Shown: one piece after another, positions 40,385-52,706 of the stretch
How the letters are laid out: each line of letters begins with the position of its first letter
Numbering within the stretch: the stretch's first letter is position 1
Assembly: GCF_006345805.1 (NCBI RefSeq)
Contig: NC_042999.1
Coordinates: 144,956,001-145,020,000 of the forward strand
DNA length: 64,000 nucleotides
Direction of reading: 5' to 3'
Source of the DNA: Octopus sinensis
Taxonomy: Eukaryota
Position numbers and translations under genes: made by a program
Notes under the pieces: model-generated
Seen by the model: the letters and a program-made list of their open reading frames with translations, nothing else
What the model was told of the DNA's origin: nothing
Database searches by the model: none

Positions 40385-41711
40385 GTCCATGTCTCACATG
40401 AGTAAAGGAGCAATGTCAGTACATATGCATGGTACACAGCAATTTTTGTTTGCTTTGTGATGCTATGCTGGGACCAGACACAAGACTGAAGAAACTGGAA
40501 GGAATCAGTTGCTCTCTGCAGCCTGAAAGATATTTCATCATCCCAGGAGCAAGAATGCCTGAGTATGCTGCACAGGTAGACAAACTTGTCTACCACTTTC
40601 CTTCAACCAAGATAGCTGGTTCCAAATATGGATTTCCTGGTGCAGGCTGGAACATTACAACAGTCTTATCTAGGCTAATGCTGAGTCCAAATGCCTTGCA
40701 AGAAGCAGAAATATGATTCATTAATATTTTCATGTTATCTGCTGTACGAGTGACTAAGTCACAGTCATCCGCATAAAGGAAGTCACAAATAAGAAACTGC
40801 AAAGTTGGCAGCAAATCAGTGCAGATTAAAGAGGCAGCCAGAAGATCAATATCTAATATATATTCCCAGAGAGCTAACATTAACAAAAGCATGAGTAAAA
40901 GCAGCAGCAAAGTACAAAGAAAAGAGAGTTGGGGCAAGGATGTCACCTTGCTTGACACCATTCTCTACAAGAATGGGTCCCACCACCATCGACCCAAGCC
41001 TCCATCCCATCATGAAACGATTTAATTATAAGCACAAAGTGATCCAGACATCCAAGTTTGTCAAGTATTTTCCTTAGCAAGGCCCTATTCACAGTATCAA
41101 ATGTCTTCATTAAATCAATGAATACCTGAACAAGATCCATACTCTGCTTGTAGCACTTCTTCTGCATTTGTCTTGCTGTGAAAATCATATCCCTTAAAAC
41201 TCCACACAAGTCCTGAGGACAGCTGATATCTTGAGCATTGAGCCGATGGTGTACAAGCACCTGTTACGTTGGACTGGATACCTAATTAGAATGAAGGCTA
41301 GCAGGGTCCCTAAGTGGAAGATATATGGGGAACTTGTGAATGGAAAGAGACCATGGCAGAAACCAAGGTTGCGATTTAAGGACTGTGATATATAGGAGAT
41401 TGACTAGGAGAGAAATGCCTGTCATCACCACAGATGATGGAAGCAGGTTAAGGAGTGGGGTCGACACTTTTGAGAGAGCACATATTCTGCAAGAAGAACG
41501 TAAGTGTGCTGCTCAAAAGTGCACTGCTGGTGTAGTGAAAGGGGAAAGCTTTGTTTGCAATGTTTGCAGTCGGGTATGCTTGTCAAGAGCATGATTCATT
41601 AGCCATCAACAGAGCTGCAAAAGCAAAATATAAGTTAGTCCTGAGTGCACAATGTTCCTAAAGGTCAGTAATGGTCTTCCTCAGTCATGAGTGGACGGCC
41701 ATCATCATCAT
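40385..41711. mobile_element. RTE (BovB-like) LINE with inverted 5' part
   Basis: Minus 40385-41215: DMIFTARQMQ...FIDLMKTFDTVNR...FLYADDCDL...LLYSCETWT. Plus 41216-41711: DILSIE...LRWTG...IYGEL...FVCNVCSRVCLS..., (CAT)n tail. Confidence 0.9.
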
Positions 41712-41752
41712 GTATGTATATGTGTATATATGTATATATATTTGTGTATACA

Positions 41753-41788
<36 letters not shown>

Positions 41789-41793
41789 TATAC

Positions 41794-41825
<32 letters not shown>

Positions 41826-41968
41826 GTGTGTATATATATATATGTGTGTATATATATATATGTGTATATATATATATGTGTGTATATATATATGTGTATA
41901 TATATATATGTGTATATATATATATGTATATGTGTATATATATATATATGTATATGTGTATATATATG

Positions 41969-42028
<60 letters not shown>

Positions 42029-42077
42029 TGTATAGTATATATATATGTATATATATTATATATATACGTATATGTAT

Positions 42078-42109
<32 letters not shown>

Positions 42110-42264
42110 GTATATATATTATATATATATACGTATATGTATATATATATGTATATGTATATATATATGTATATATATGTATTATATATATATATATATA
42201 CGTAATGTATATATATATGTATATGTATATATATATGTATATATATATATATACGTATATGTAT

Positions 42265-42316
<52 letters not shown>

Positions 42317-42434
42317 GTATATGTATATATATATGTATATATATATATATATATACGTATATGTATATATATATGTATATATATATATATATATATACGT
42401 ATATGTATATATATATATGTATATGTATATTGTA

Positions 42435-42469
<35 letters not shown>

Positions 42470-42477
42470 CGTATATG

Positions 42478-42507
<30 letters not shown>
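41712..42507. repeat. 0.8-kb (TA)n/(TATG)n tract
   Basis: Read directly from the sequence. Confidence 0.97.
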
Positions 42508-42508
<1 letters not shown>

Positions 42509-42514
42509 TCACAT

Positions 42515-42680
42515 GACAGGCTTCTTTCATTTTACATCTACTAAATCCCCTCACAAAGTTTCAGTTGGCCTGAGGTTACAGTAGAAGACACTCACTCAAG
42601 GTACCATGCAGTGGGACTGAACCCAGAACCATGTAGTTGGGAAGCAAACTTTTTACCACACAGTCATGCCTGCACCTATT
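42515..42680 (-). mobile_element. tRNA-derived SINE
   Basis: Minus strand: AGGTGCAGGCATGACTGTGTGGTAAA...GGGTTCAGTCCCACTGCATGGTACCTTGAG... Confidence 0.8.
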
Positions 42681-42959
42681 TGTCCAGTGCTTTCTTTTCT
42701 GGGTTTGAAATTTTCATCATAGCCTAATTAGGGGATATACTTAATCTGTAACCCAGTTTAAAATCACCTCCTGACACCGCCTTCAGATCTTAGCAGAGTT
42801 TACTCTCTTGCAAGTATTTAGGCCAGGTGTTTGGTTAAAGGATATCTTCTTGCTTTTCTCCCTCACTACATTTCTCAGAAGCCATGTAATGGGTCATCAG
42901 CACTGCCCTTTCCTACTGACTGAAAGTTAAATACGCTCACACAAACACAACACAACACA

Positions 42960-43012
<53 letters not shown>

Positions 43013-43548
43013 CACACATGTATGAGTGTGTGTGTGTGCCTGTGCATGTGTATGTGTGTATGTATGTGTGTCTATGTGTGTGTCCCCTTCCTTTTTGGGA
43101 CTACAGCACCATCATCATATACAGCATGCATAGTGCATTTTCTAGTATTTTATTTATTTATTTATTCATTTGACTGTTTTTGAAGTCTGTTGAACCCATC
43201 CCGCTCCAAATCTGAATATAACCAATTTCTTCATGAGAGACAGACAAAACAATGTGAGAGATAAAGAGGAGAGAGAGATTAAGAAAGGTAGCTACTTCAC
43301 TTCTACAGGGAGTGAAAGATTGTGAACAATTGGTCTCCATGTAAACCCCCAAAATATAAGGTAAACAACAAAAGTGTCAAGGGGCAGGTGTGGTTAAGTA
43401 GTTAAGAAGCTCAGGGCTAAATCCCACTATGCCACACCTTTGGCCAAGTGTCTTCTACTATAGCCATGGGCTGACCAATGCCTTGCAAGTGAATTTGGTA
43501 AACAAAAACTGTAAAGTAAACCATCATGTGTATATGTATGTATGTATG

Positions 43549-43638
<90 letters not shown>

Positions 43639-43797
43639 GTTCATTGCTCAAAATGGGGAGTAGATAGACAGACGACAACTGATGAAGGATCATTCTTTGT
43701 ATTACTTGTCCTTTTTTTCTCTCGTTATTTGCATATTTAACACATTTGTTTTCGAATTTCATGTTGCTTACTGTTGGTGACATCTGGTACCCATATA

Positions 43798-43862
<65 letters not shown>

Positions 43863-43864
43863 CG

Positions 43865-44073
43865 CCATGTGATTCGCTAGCTTCTGCACGCATTTTTTTC
43901 CTCTCCTTGTTTCTTTTCGGTGTTTCTTTTCTGTGTATCTTTCTGTTGAAGAGCGTAGGCTCGAAATGTAAAAGACTTGTTTTATTTATATTCCTGAGCG
44001 CCATACTAATACAATTGTTTGTTTGTATTCCACCTGCCTTCATCTTTTGTTTATTTTCATAAAGCTTCCCGTT
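43865..44073 (+). mobile_element. Short interspersed pLTR-like repeat with a minimal hammerhead-like motif (43938-43975)
   Basis: TCTTT-CTGTTGA-A-GAGC-GTAG-GCTC-GAAAT-GTA-AAAGA; related decayed copies at 3322-3480 (-) and 37600-37755 (+); flanked by (TA)n. Confidence 0.65.
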
Positions 44074-44509
44074 ATATATATATAATATATATTATAGATA
44101 GATATAAATATATATATACCTATATATATTATCTATAATATTATATATATATATATAAGTCAGTAAATGGTGGGGTTGTGTTGACTGCACGTGGAGAAAT
44201 GATAGGAGAGGAAAAATTATAATAATGCAGAATGCTTAATTGAAAGTAAATTTTAATAAAAATGGGTATATGGAAAATTAAAAGAGAAAAAATAATAAAT
44301 CCAACCTGCTTTCATCGCAAAGCAAATTTTCAAGATTTGGAAAGGGAAAAGAAATTTTTTTTAAATTGAGGGAGGGGAAAAAAGAAATTTACAATGTTTT
44401 TTTCAAAAAAATAATAATACATATATACAAAAATTAATAAATAAATATACCAATACATTGTAGAGTCTTAATGCTTTTAGAGTTCAATAATAGTCCTTGG
44501 AAAAACTTC

Positions 44510-44824
44510 TTGGCACATGAAAAACATTCGAGCAAGGTTGTGGCCAGTGCCACTGGACTGGCTCCTGTGCAGGTGGCACATAAAAAGCACCATTTGAGCT
44601 AGGCCATTGCCAGTATCGCCTGACTGGCCCTCGTGCCGGTGGCACGTAAAAACAACTATTACACTCTCGGAGTGGTTGGCGTTAGGAAGGGCATCCAGCT
44701 GTAGAAACTCTGCCAGATCAGATTGGAGTCTGGTGCAGCCATCTGGTTTGCCAGACCTCAGTCAAATCATCCAACCCATGCTAGCATGGAAGGCAGATGT
44801 TAAACGATGATGATGATGATAATG

Positions 44825-44826
<2 letters not shown>
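44510..44826 (+). mobile_element. RTE 3'UTR/tail copy
   Basis: Subunits plus tail ending (GAT)n. Confidence 0.85.
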
Positions 44827-44858
<32 letters not shown>

Positions 44859-45177
44859 ATCATTATCACCATTATCATGTAATGTCTACTTTCCATGTTG
44901 GCATGAGTTATATATTCTTTCTTTTATTCTTTTATTCATTTCAGTCATTTGACTGAGGCCATGCTGGAGCACTGCCTTTACTTGAACAAATTGACCCCAG
45001 GACTTATTCTTTGTAAGCCTAGTACTTATTCTATCGATCTATTTTGCGGAACTGCTAAGTTACAGGGACATAAACATACCAGCATTGGTTGCCAAGCGAT
45101 TTTGGGGGGACAAAAACAGACACAAACACATACATATACACACACACACACATATATATATATAATATATATATATA

Positions 45178-45745
45178 TAATAGTTATCGCCATACTAATA
45201 TGGCATTCTTATAAAAATAAGAATAAAGCTGTCCGCTTATTAGCTCCATGAGGCCATCGCCTTAAGTTAGCTATTTGATACAGAAACTATATCCATATAA
45301 CCTTCGAACAAGGGAGGTCAGTCGCTCCACACTACTTGACCGGCAGCTACAGACGCGTTTTCGGGTATTGCCCCTTTTCAATGCAGCGTAGCCAGCCAGT
45401 AGGTGCGCTTCCGACAATCTCTGTTCGATGGTTTTATTTACCTAGTTTCGGTGGAATACATCCACTTGTTTTCAATAATAGAAATATTAAAATTACTAAG
45501 TCTCTCTAAAAGAGAACAGCGGCAGCGTTCCCGGAAAATAATAGTTATCGCCATACTAATATGCATTCTTATAAAAATAAGAACAAAGCTAACTTAAGGC
45601 GATGGCCTCATGGAGCTAATAAGCGGACAGCTTTATCTTATTTTTATAAGAATGCCATATTAGTATGGCGATAACTATTATTTTCCGGGAACGCTGCCGC
45701 TGTTCTCTTTTAGAGAGACTTAGTAATTTTAATATTTCTATTATA
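45178..45745 (-). mobile_element. Non-coding retrozyme/pLTR-like element: 361-nt unit with terminal redundancy and an inverted copy
   Basis: TAGTTATCGCCATACTAATATG at 45181 and 45542 (period 361); 45587-45743 is an inverted copy; (TA)n on both sides. Confidence 0.8.
45346..45387 (-). ncRNA. Minimal type I hammerhead ribozyme, U3-A8 core variant
   Basis: Minus: GCTGCA-TTGAAAA-G-GGG-CAATA-CCC-GAAAAC-GC-GTC^TGTAGC; 6-bp stem I, 3-bp stem II, palindromic ACGCGT stem III; one extra A in GAAA. Confidence 0.7.
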
Positions 45746-47034
45746 CATATATATATATATATATATATAGATTATATATATAGATATATAATATAGATAT
45801 ATATATATAGAATATTATAGATATATTATATAGATATATATATATAGATATATATATATAGATATATATATATAGATATATATATATATATAGATATATA
45901 TATATAGATATATATATATATAGAAATATATATATAGATATATTATATAAATAATATATATATATAGAGAGATATATATAAATATATATATAATATAGAT
46001 ATATATATATATATAGATATATATATATATAGATATATATATATAGATATATATATTAGATATATATATTAGATATATATATAATAAATATATATATATA
46101 TATAGATATATATATATATTATATATAATATATATATATATCTATATATATATATTAAATAATATATATATATATAGAGAGATATATATATATACTATAT
46201 ATATATATCTATATATATATATCTATATATATATATATCTATATATATATATCTATATATATATATCTATATATATATATATATATATATTATCTATTAT
46301 ATATATCTATTATATATATCTATATATATATATATATATATATATCTATATATATATCTATATATATATATATCTATATATATATCTATATATATATATC
46401 TATATATATATATCTATTATATATATCTATATATATATATCTATATATATATAACTATATATATATCTATATATATATATCTATATATATATATCTATAT
46501 ATATATCTATATATCTATATCTATATATATATATATATATATATAGATATATATCTATATTATATATCATATATATATATCTATATATATAATCTATAAT
46601 ATTATATCTATATATATATATCTATATATATATATATATCTATTATATATATATATATATATATCTTCTATATATAATATATATATATATATATATCTAT
46701 ATATATATATCTATAATATATCTATAATATATAACTATATATATATATCTATATATATATATCTTATATATTATATCTATATATATATATCTATTAATAT
46801 ATATATCGATATATATATATATCTATATATATCTATCTATATATATATATCTATATATATATCATATATATATTATCTATATATATATATCTATATATAT
46901 ATCTATAATAATATATCATATATTATATATCTATATATAGTATATCTATAATATATATCTATATAATATATCTATATAATATATCTATATATATATCTAT
47001 ATATATTCTAATATATATATCTATATATATATAT

Positions 47035-47075
<41 letters not shown>

Positions 47076-47468
47076 ATATATATATTAATCTATATATATA
47101 TATTATATATATATATATATATCTATATAATATAATATATATCTATATATATATATATATATATTATCATATATATATATCTTATATATATATTATACTA
47201 TATATATATATATATATCTATATATATATATATATCTATATATATATATTATATCTATTATATATATAATATCTATTATATATTATATATCTATATATAT
47301 ATATATCTATATTATATATATATATCTATATATATATATATATATATCTATATATATATATATATATTCTATATATTATATATATAATATATATAATCTA
47401 TATAAATCTATATATCTATATATATATATATATATATCTATATATATATATATATATCTATTATATAT
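45746..47468. repeat. 1.7-kb (TA)n tract with TAGA/TCTA interruptions
   Basis: Read directly from the sequence; G-interruptions dominate before about 46130 and C-interruptions after. Confidence 0.97.
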
Positions 47469-47469
47469 A

Positions 47470-48140
47470 TCATCATCATCATCATCATCGTCGTTTAACG
47501 TCCGTTCTCCATGCTAGCATGGGTTGGACGGTTCGACCGGGTTCTGGGAAGCCAGAAGGCTGCACCAGGCTCCAGTCTAATTTGGCAATGTTTCACAGCT
47601 GGATGCCCTTCCTAACGCCAACCACTCCGTGAGTGTAGTGGGTGCTTTTTACGTGCCACCTGCACAGGTGCCAGGCGGGGCTGCGGCAACGGCCACGGTC
47701 AGATTGGTGTATTTTATGTGCACCGGCACGGAAGCCAGTCGAGGCGGTGCTGGCATCGGCCACAAGTCGGATAGTGCTTTTTACGTACCACCAGACCAGG
47801 GATCCTGGCTGGTTCAATTCGATTTCGATTTCGCTTGCCCCAACATGTCTTCACAGCAAAGGGGGTTGGCAGGGTGCCTGTCGTACGGTCGCATTGGAGT
47901 ATTTTACGTGCCACGGCCACGAGCGGATAGTGCTTTTTACGTACCACCAGACCAGGGATCCTGGCTGGTTCAATTTGATTTCGATTTCGCTGCCCCAACA
48001 TGTCTTCACAAGCAAAGGGGGTGGCATGGGTGCCTGTCGTACGGTCGCATTGGAGTATTTTACGTGCCACGGCCCCGAGTCGGATAGTGCTTTTTACGTA
48101 CCACCAGGCCAGGGATCCTGGCTGGTTCAATTCGGTTCGA
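47470..48140 (-). mobile_element. Young RTE 3'UTR/tail with an internal tandem of about 156 bp (2.4 copies)
   Basis: CGGATAGTGCTTTTTACGTACCACCAG at about 47768, 47924 and 48081; CpG-rich; (CAT)n at the left. Confidence 0.88.
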
Positions 48141-48212
48141 TATATATATCTATATATATATATATATATATAATATATCTATATATATATATATATATCT
48201 ATATATATATAC

Positions 48213-48376
48213 AATGGGCTTCTTTCAGTATCCGTCTACCAAATCCACTCACAAGGCTTTGGTCGGCCTGAAGCTAAAGTAGAATACACTTGCCTACAGT
48301 GTCACGCAGTGGGACTGAACCTGGAACCATGTAGTTGGTAAGCAAGCTAATTACCACTCAGCCACTCCTGCACCTA
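48213..48376 (-). mobile_element. tRNA-derived SINE
   Basis: Minus: AGGTGCAGGAGTGGCTGAGTGGTAA...AGGTTCAGTCCCACTGCGTG...GAGTGGATTTGGTAGACGG. Confidence 0.85.
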
Positions 48377-48380
48377 TATA

Positions 48381-48428
<48 letters not shown>

Positions 48429-48904
48429 GGGATGATGATGATGATGATAATGGCATTAGGAAGGGCTTCCAGCCATGCCAAATCAGGCTGGACTATATAT
48501 TTGTTCATCACTTGAGACTTATCATTGTTCTTAATTTATATCCTTTGTCTGGAAATCTTTCATCACACACACTGTAGCCTTTTCAATGGCACTCGATCTC
48601 ACATAAAATATATCAATACACACACACACACACACACATACATACATACATACATACATACATACACATCACACACACACATATACATGGAAACTTTTAA
48701 GTGAGTTGAAGTGGGTGTAGGTTGTATTATGGTCAGACTGTTGGAAAATACTGTACACTCTTGTGTTTTTTGCCTCTCCTATACACTTAACAACTTTGCA
48801 GGAAGCTGGTTAAAATAGATAATTTAAATCCCAACACTCATTCATAGTTGCTTGTGATATGTATCTAATTTTATATACCCATATATCCATACATATACAT
48901 ATAA

Positions 48905-48935
<31 letters not shown>

Positions 48936-48949
48936 ATATATATATATAT

Positions 48950-49497
48950 CAAAATAAATTCGATGACTGGCATCCGTGCTAGCGGGGTGCAAAGAGCACC
49001 ATACAAGTGTGATCGTTGACAGAGCGGCTAACCGGCTTCTGTGCCAGTGGCACATAAAAGGGCACCATTCGAGTATGATCATTACCAGTGTCGCCTTACT
49101 GGCACTTGTGCATGTGCTAGTAGGGTGCCAATCCGAGCGTGATCATTGCCAGAGCAGCCAACTGGCTTCCATACCCGTGGCACGTCAAAGGGCACCATTC
49201 AAGTGTGATCGTTACCAATGTTGCCTCAGTGGCACCTGTGCTGGTGGCACGTGTAAAAAGATTTGAGCGAGGTTATTGCCAGTACCGCCCGACTGGCCCC
49301 CATGCCGGTGGCACGTAAAAAGCACCCACTACACTCTTGGAGTGGTTGGCTGAGGAAGGGCATCCAGCTGTAGAAACTCTGCCAGATCAAGACTGGAGAA
49401 TGGTGCAGCCATCTGGTTTGCCAGCCCTCAGTCAAAATCGTCCAACCCATGCTAGCATGGAAAGCGGACTTTAAACGATGATGATGATGATGATGAT
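48950..49497 (+). mobile_element. RTE 3'UTR with about 6 subunits and (GAT)n tail
   Basis: Collinear with 35160-35673. Confidence 0.9.
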
Positions 49498-51400
49498 ATA
49501 TGTGTATATAGTAACAATATAAGCATGTTACTAATCATCATGGCCCTTAGGAATTTTTTTTTGATATGCAGCATTTTTGGATTAGTCTTCATCACTTTGT
49601 TCTAAGTTTTCCTTGACTCCCTTCTTCTATGTGTTTCAATCTCTTTGAGAGCTCAACATTTATGTATACAACTGTCATTCTTCTCATACATCACATAACT
49701 GCAGCATCACAGTTTTCTTTCTTGTGTACTACATCTAATTCCTCAAGGTACAAGAAGGTGAATAGAAGTACATGAGAATAGAAAAGGAAAAGTGGGTAGT
49801 TAGAGGTTGCAAGAGTGTATGGGGTGAGGGATAGTTAGAGGTAGAGTTGGGGTGAATATAATGAATGATCAACAAGGGTTGAGATGTGGTCAGTAAGTTG
49901 GAAGGAAGGTAGCAAGAGTACATAATGACTATAAAGATTAGGGAGATTTAATAGGTAGATGTAAATAATGGAAAAGTGTAGAGGAATGATCAGTGATACA
50001 TATGAGTTGATACACAAATATGTACATATACATGTATATCACCACCACCACCACCACCACCACTGTGGGATGGATTCCCATGTGTACTAAAGCCCATTTC
50101 TTTTCAGTTATGGGGGCTTATATTCCCTAATATTACAGTACTTTTCTGTAGACATATATGGTGAAGGCTCATAATTCCTTTTACAAAATTTCCCTCATTA
50201 CCATTTCCTAATTAAGGTAGAATTTGCACATCATTACATATTTACTCCTATGAGATCATAATTACTAAATTTAGCTGGAAATAAAAAAGAAAAAGGGTGG
50301 GTATGTTTGTGTAATCAGTGTAATCAGTCAGCACAATTATAGAAAAAAAGATAAGAGGTTTTGGTTCATTTCCTATGCATACTAATTCCCATTTTAATCT
50401 GTTACGGGGGCTTATACACCCTATTATTAGACTATTTTCTATAGTTGGTATACAGAGAAGGCTCTTAACTTTATCTACAAAATACATGTATATTTTATAA
50501 ATATATATACATATATTTACAAAAGAAAAGTTATACTGATTTCACCTTCTCTTAGCAAAATATATTTGAAATCATAAAGAGAAAACATTGAACTGGGACA
50601 AGAAAAGAATGAAAAAGATCATTTTTGAATCACAACAGGTAAAACATGAAGAGACTGAGTAGTGAACAGTAAAAAGGTGATGAAGAGGAACAAGAGCATA
50701 GGCATGTCAGAAGTAGTGTTTGTCCAACACTACCAAAGTTTATAAACTTAATAAAATCACTGAGTTCATAGCTACCGTGATTCACAAACACAGCACACTT
50801 GTATATTAAGATATGTCTTTATTTCAAATGTGTATTTTCTGGCATACAGGTCAATGAAGTATGCGTAAAAATGTCATGTAAACATGAAGTGTTTATACTA
50901 CATTATTAATATATTTTCAAATAATGCTGCATTTCACCTGGAGTTTTTGGTCCTCCACATTTGTCATAGTGTATAAGTTGACCTATCTCTTTTGGTTGTA
51001 AATTTTAGTTAGAAAATTTCAATTTGTATGCTGGAAAATACATTAAACAGGCAAGTCAATATGATTGTTGTTCCACTTCATGATGTTAAGATGGAATCTT
51101 AAGTTATTAAAATGGAGTTGTTCCAAATTTATTGGAAAAATGTGACCTGTTTTTCAAATTTTTTACTGTTAATTTTATTAAAAATCTTATATAATCTTAT
51201 CATTTATTAATTTATATAACTCTGTATAGCATAATGTTACTAAATCTATAAAAAATACATTTATAAAGATCTACTTTCAAAATTGTATACCTCAGCACTA
51301 TGGGGTTTTGTTAAATCATTGTCAGTGATTTGAGTATCTTTTGTATTGTACAATTGTATGCCAATGACTTCTATTTTCCTGTTTGTATTGCCCAGCCTAG

Positions 51401-51435
<35 letters not shown>

Positions 51436-51758
51436 CGTGTGTGTGTGTGTGTATACGTGTGTGTGTGTGTGTGTACGTGTGTGTGTGTGTGGGCACACAT
51501 GTGCTTGCATATTTGTATATATATATATATGTCTGTATATTAATAAATTTTAGGGTAGCAAAAAATTCTAGAAAAATTCTCCACTACCAGCGGTCAAGTG
51601 AGAATGAAAAAATAGTCAATAGACTATATAATATACATTCAAACATATAAGGGATGGCCATAATAGGACATCCGACTCACTAGAAAGAGCAGCCAAACTC
51701 CAAACCACTAATAGTTGTAATTCTGAAATGGAAAGAGAAATAAAAACGTTTACCCTCT

Positions 51759-51852
51759 CCTTTATGGACTATGCATAGTTTCGGCAATCTTTTGTAAATA
51801 AATAAATTTAATTAATTTATTTACCACTGGCGTTGCCTCGTCAGCAGAAAAG
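51759..51852 (-). ncRNA. Type I hammerhead ribozyme (left arm)
   Basis: Minus: CTTTTCTG-CTGACGA-GGCAA...TTGCC-GAAAC-TATGCATA-GTC^CATAAAGG. Confidence 0.85.
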
Positions 51853-52134
51853 CCAAGGACTAACATATATCCACGAGGCGATGATAAACGTTGCCACGAG
51901 TCTATATGCTATAAATTTTCAAAACCCACCACGCTCGCGCGGTTTACTCAGCAGTAAATATAAACTGCCAATTTAATTTCAAAATTAGCCAAAAATTCAT
52001 TAATTAATTGAAATTAAATTGGCAGTTTATATTTACTGCTGAGTAAACTGCGCGAGCGTGGTGGATTTTGAAAATTTATAGCATATAGACTCGAGGCATG
52101 TTTATCATCGCCTCGTGGATATGTTAGTCCTTGG

Positions 52135-52228
52135 CTTTTCTGCTGATGAGGTAATGCCAGTGGTAAATAAATTAATTAAATTAATTTATTTACAAAAGAT
52201 TGCCGAAACTATGCATAGTCCATAAAGG
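52135..52228 (+). ncRNA. Type I hammerhead ribozyme (right arm)
   Basis: CTTTTCTG-CTGATGA-GGTAAT...ATTGCC-GAAAC-TATGCATA-GTC^CATAAAGG; predicted cleavage after 52220. Confidence 0.85.
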
Positions 52229-52670
52229 AGAGGGTAAGCGTTTTTATTTCTCTTTCCATTTCAGAATTACAACTATTAGTGGTTCGGAGTTTGGCTGCTC
52301 TTTCTAGTGAGTCGGATGTCCTATTATGGCCATCCCTTATATGTTTGAATGTATATGTCTGTATATTTATGTATGTGTGTGTGTATATATATATGTGTGT
52401 GTGTTTGTGTGTGTATGCACATATGTATCCATATACATACATGTATGTATGTGTATATGCATATATATATTAATCAATCATCATTTAACGTCCATTGCCC
52501 ATGCTTGCATGGGTTGGACGGTTTGACCAGTGCTTGCAAGTTTGGAGGCTGCACCAGACTCCAGTCAGGTTTGGCATGCTTTCTACAGCTAGATACCCTT
52601 CCTAATGCTATATATATATATATAATATATATATATATATAATTGTTAAAGACCTGTTATATTAAATTGT

Positions 52671-52700
<30 letters not shown>

Positions 52701-52706
<6 letters not shown>

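Larger units (their letters stand above)
51631..52356. mobile_element. 726-bp near-perfect palindrome (arms about 350 bp, loop about 25 bp) carrying a hammerhead on each strand
   Basis: 51631-51982 is the reverse complement of 52008-52356 with scattered, mostly transition, differences; no recognisable protein. Confidence 0.92.

Noticed and set aside
41671-42584. ORFs of up to 289 aa
   Set aside because: (TA)n/(TATG)n translation (YIYI...).
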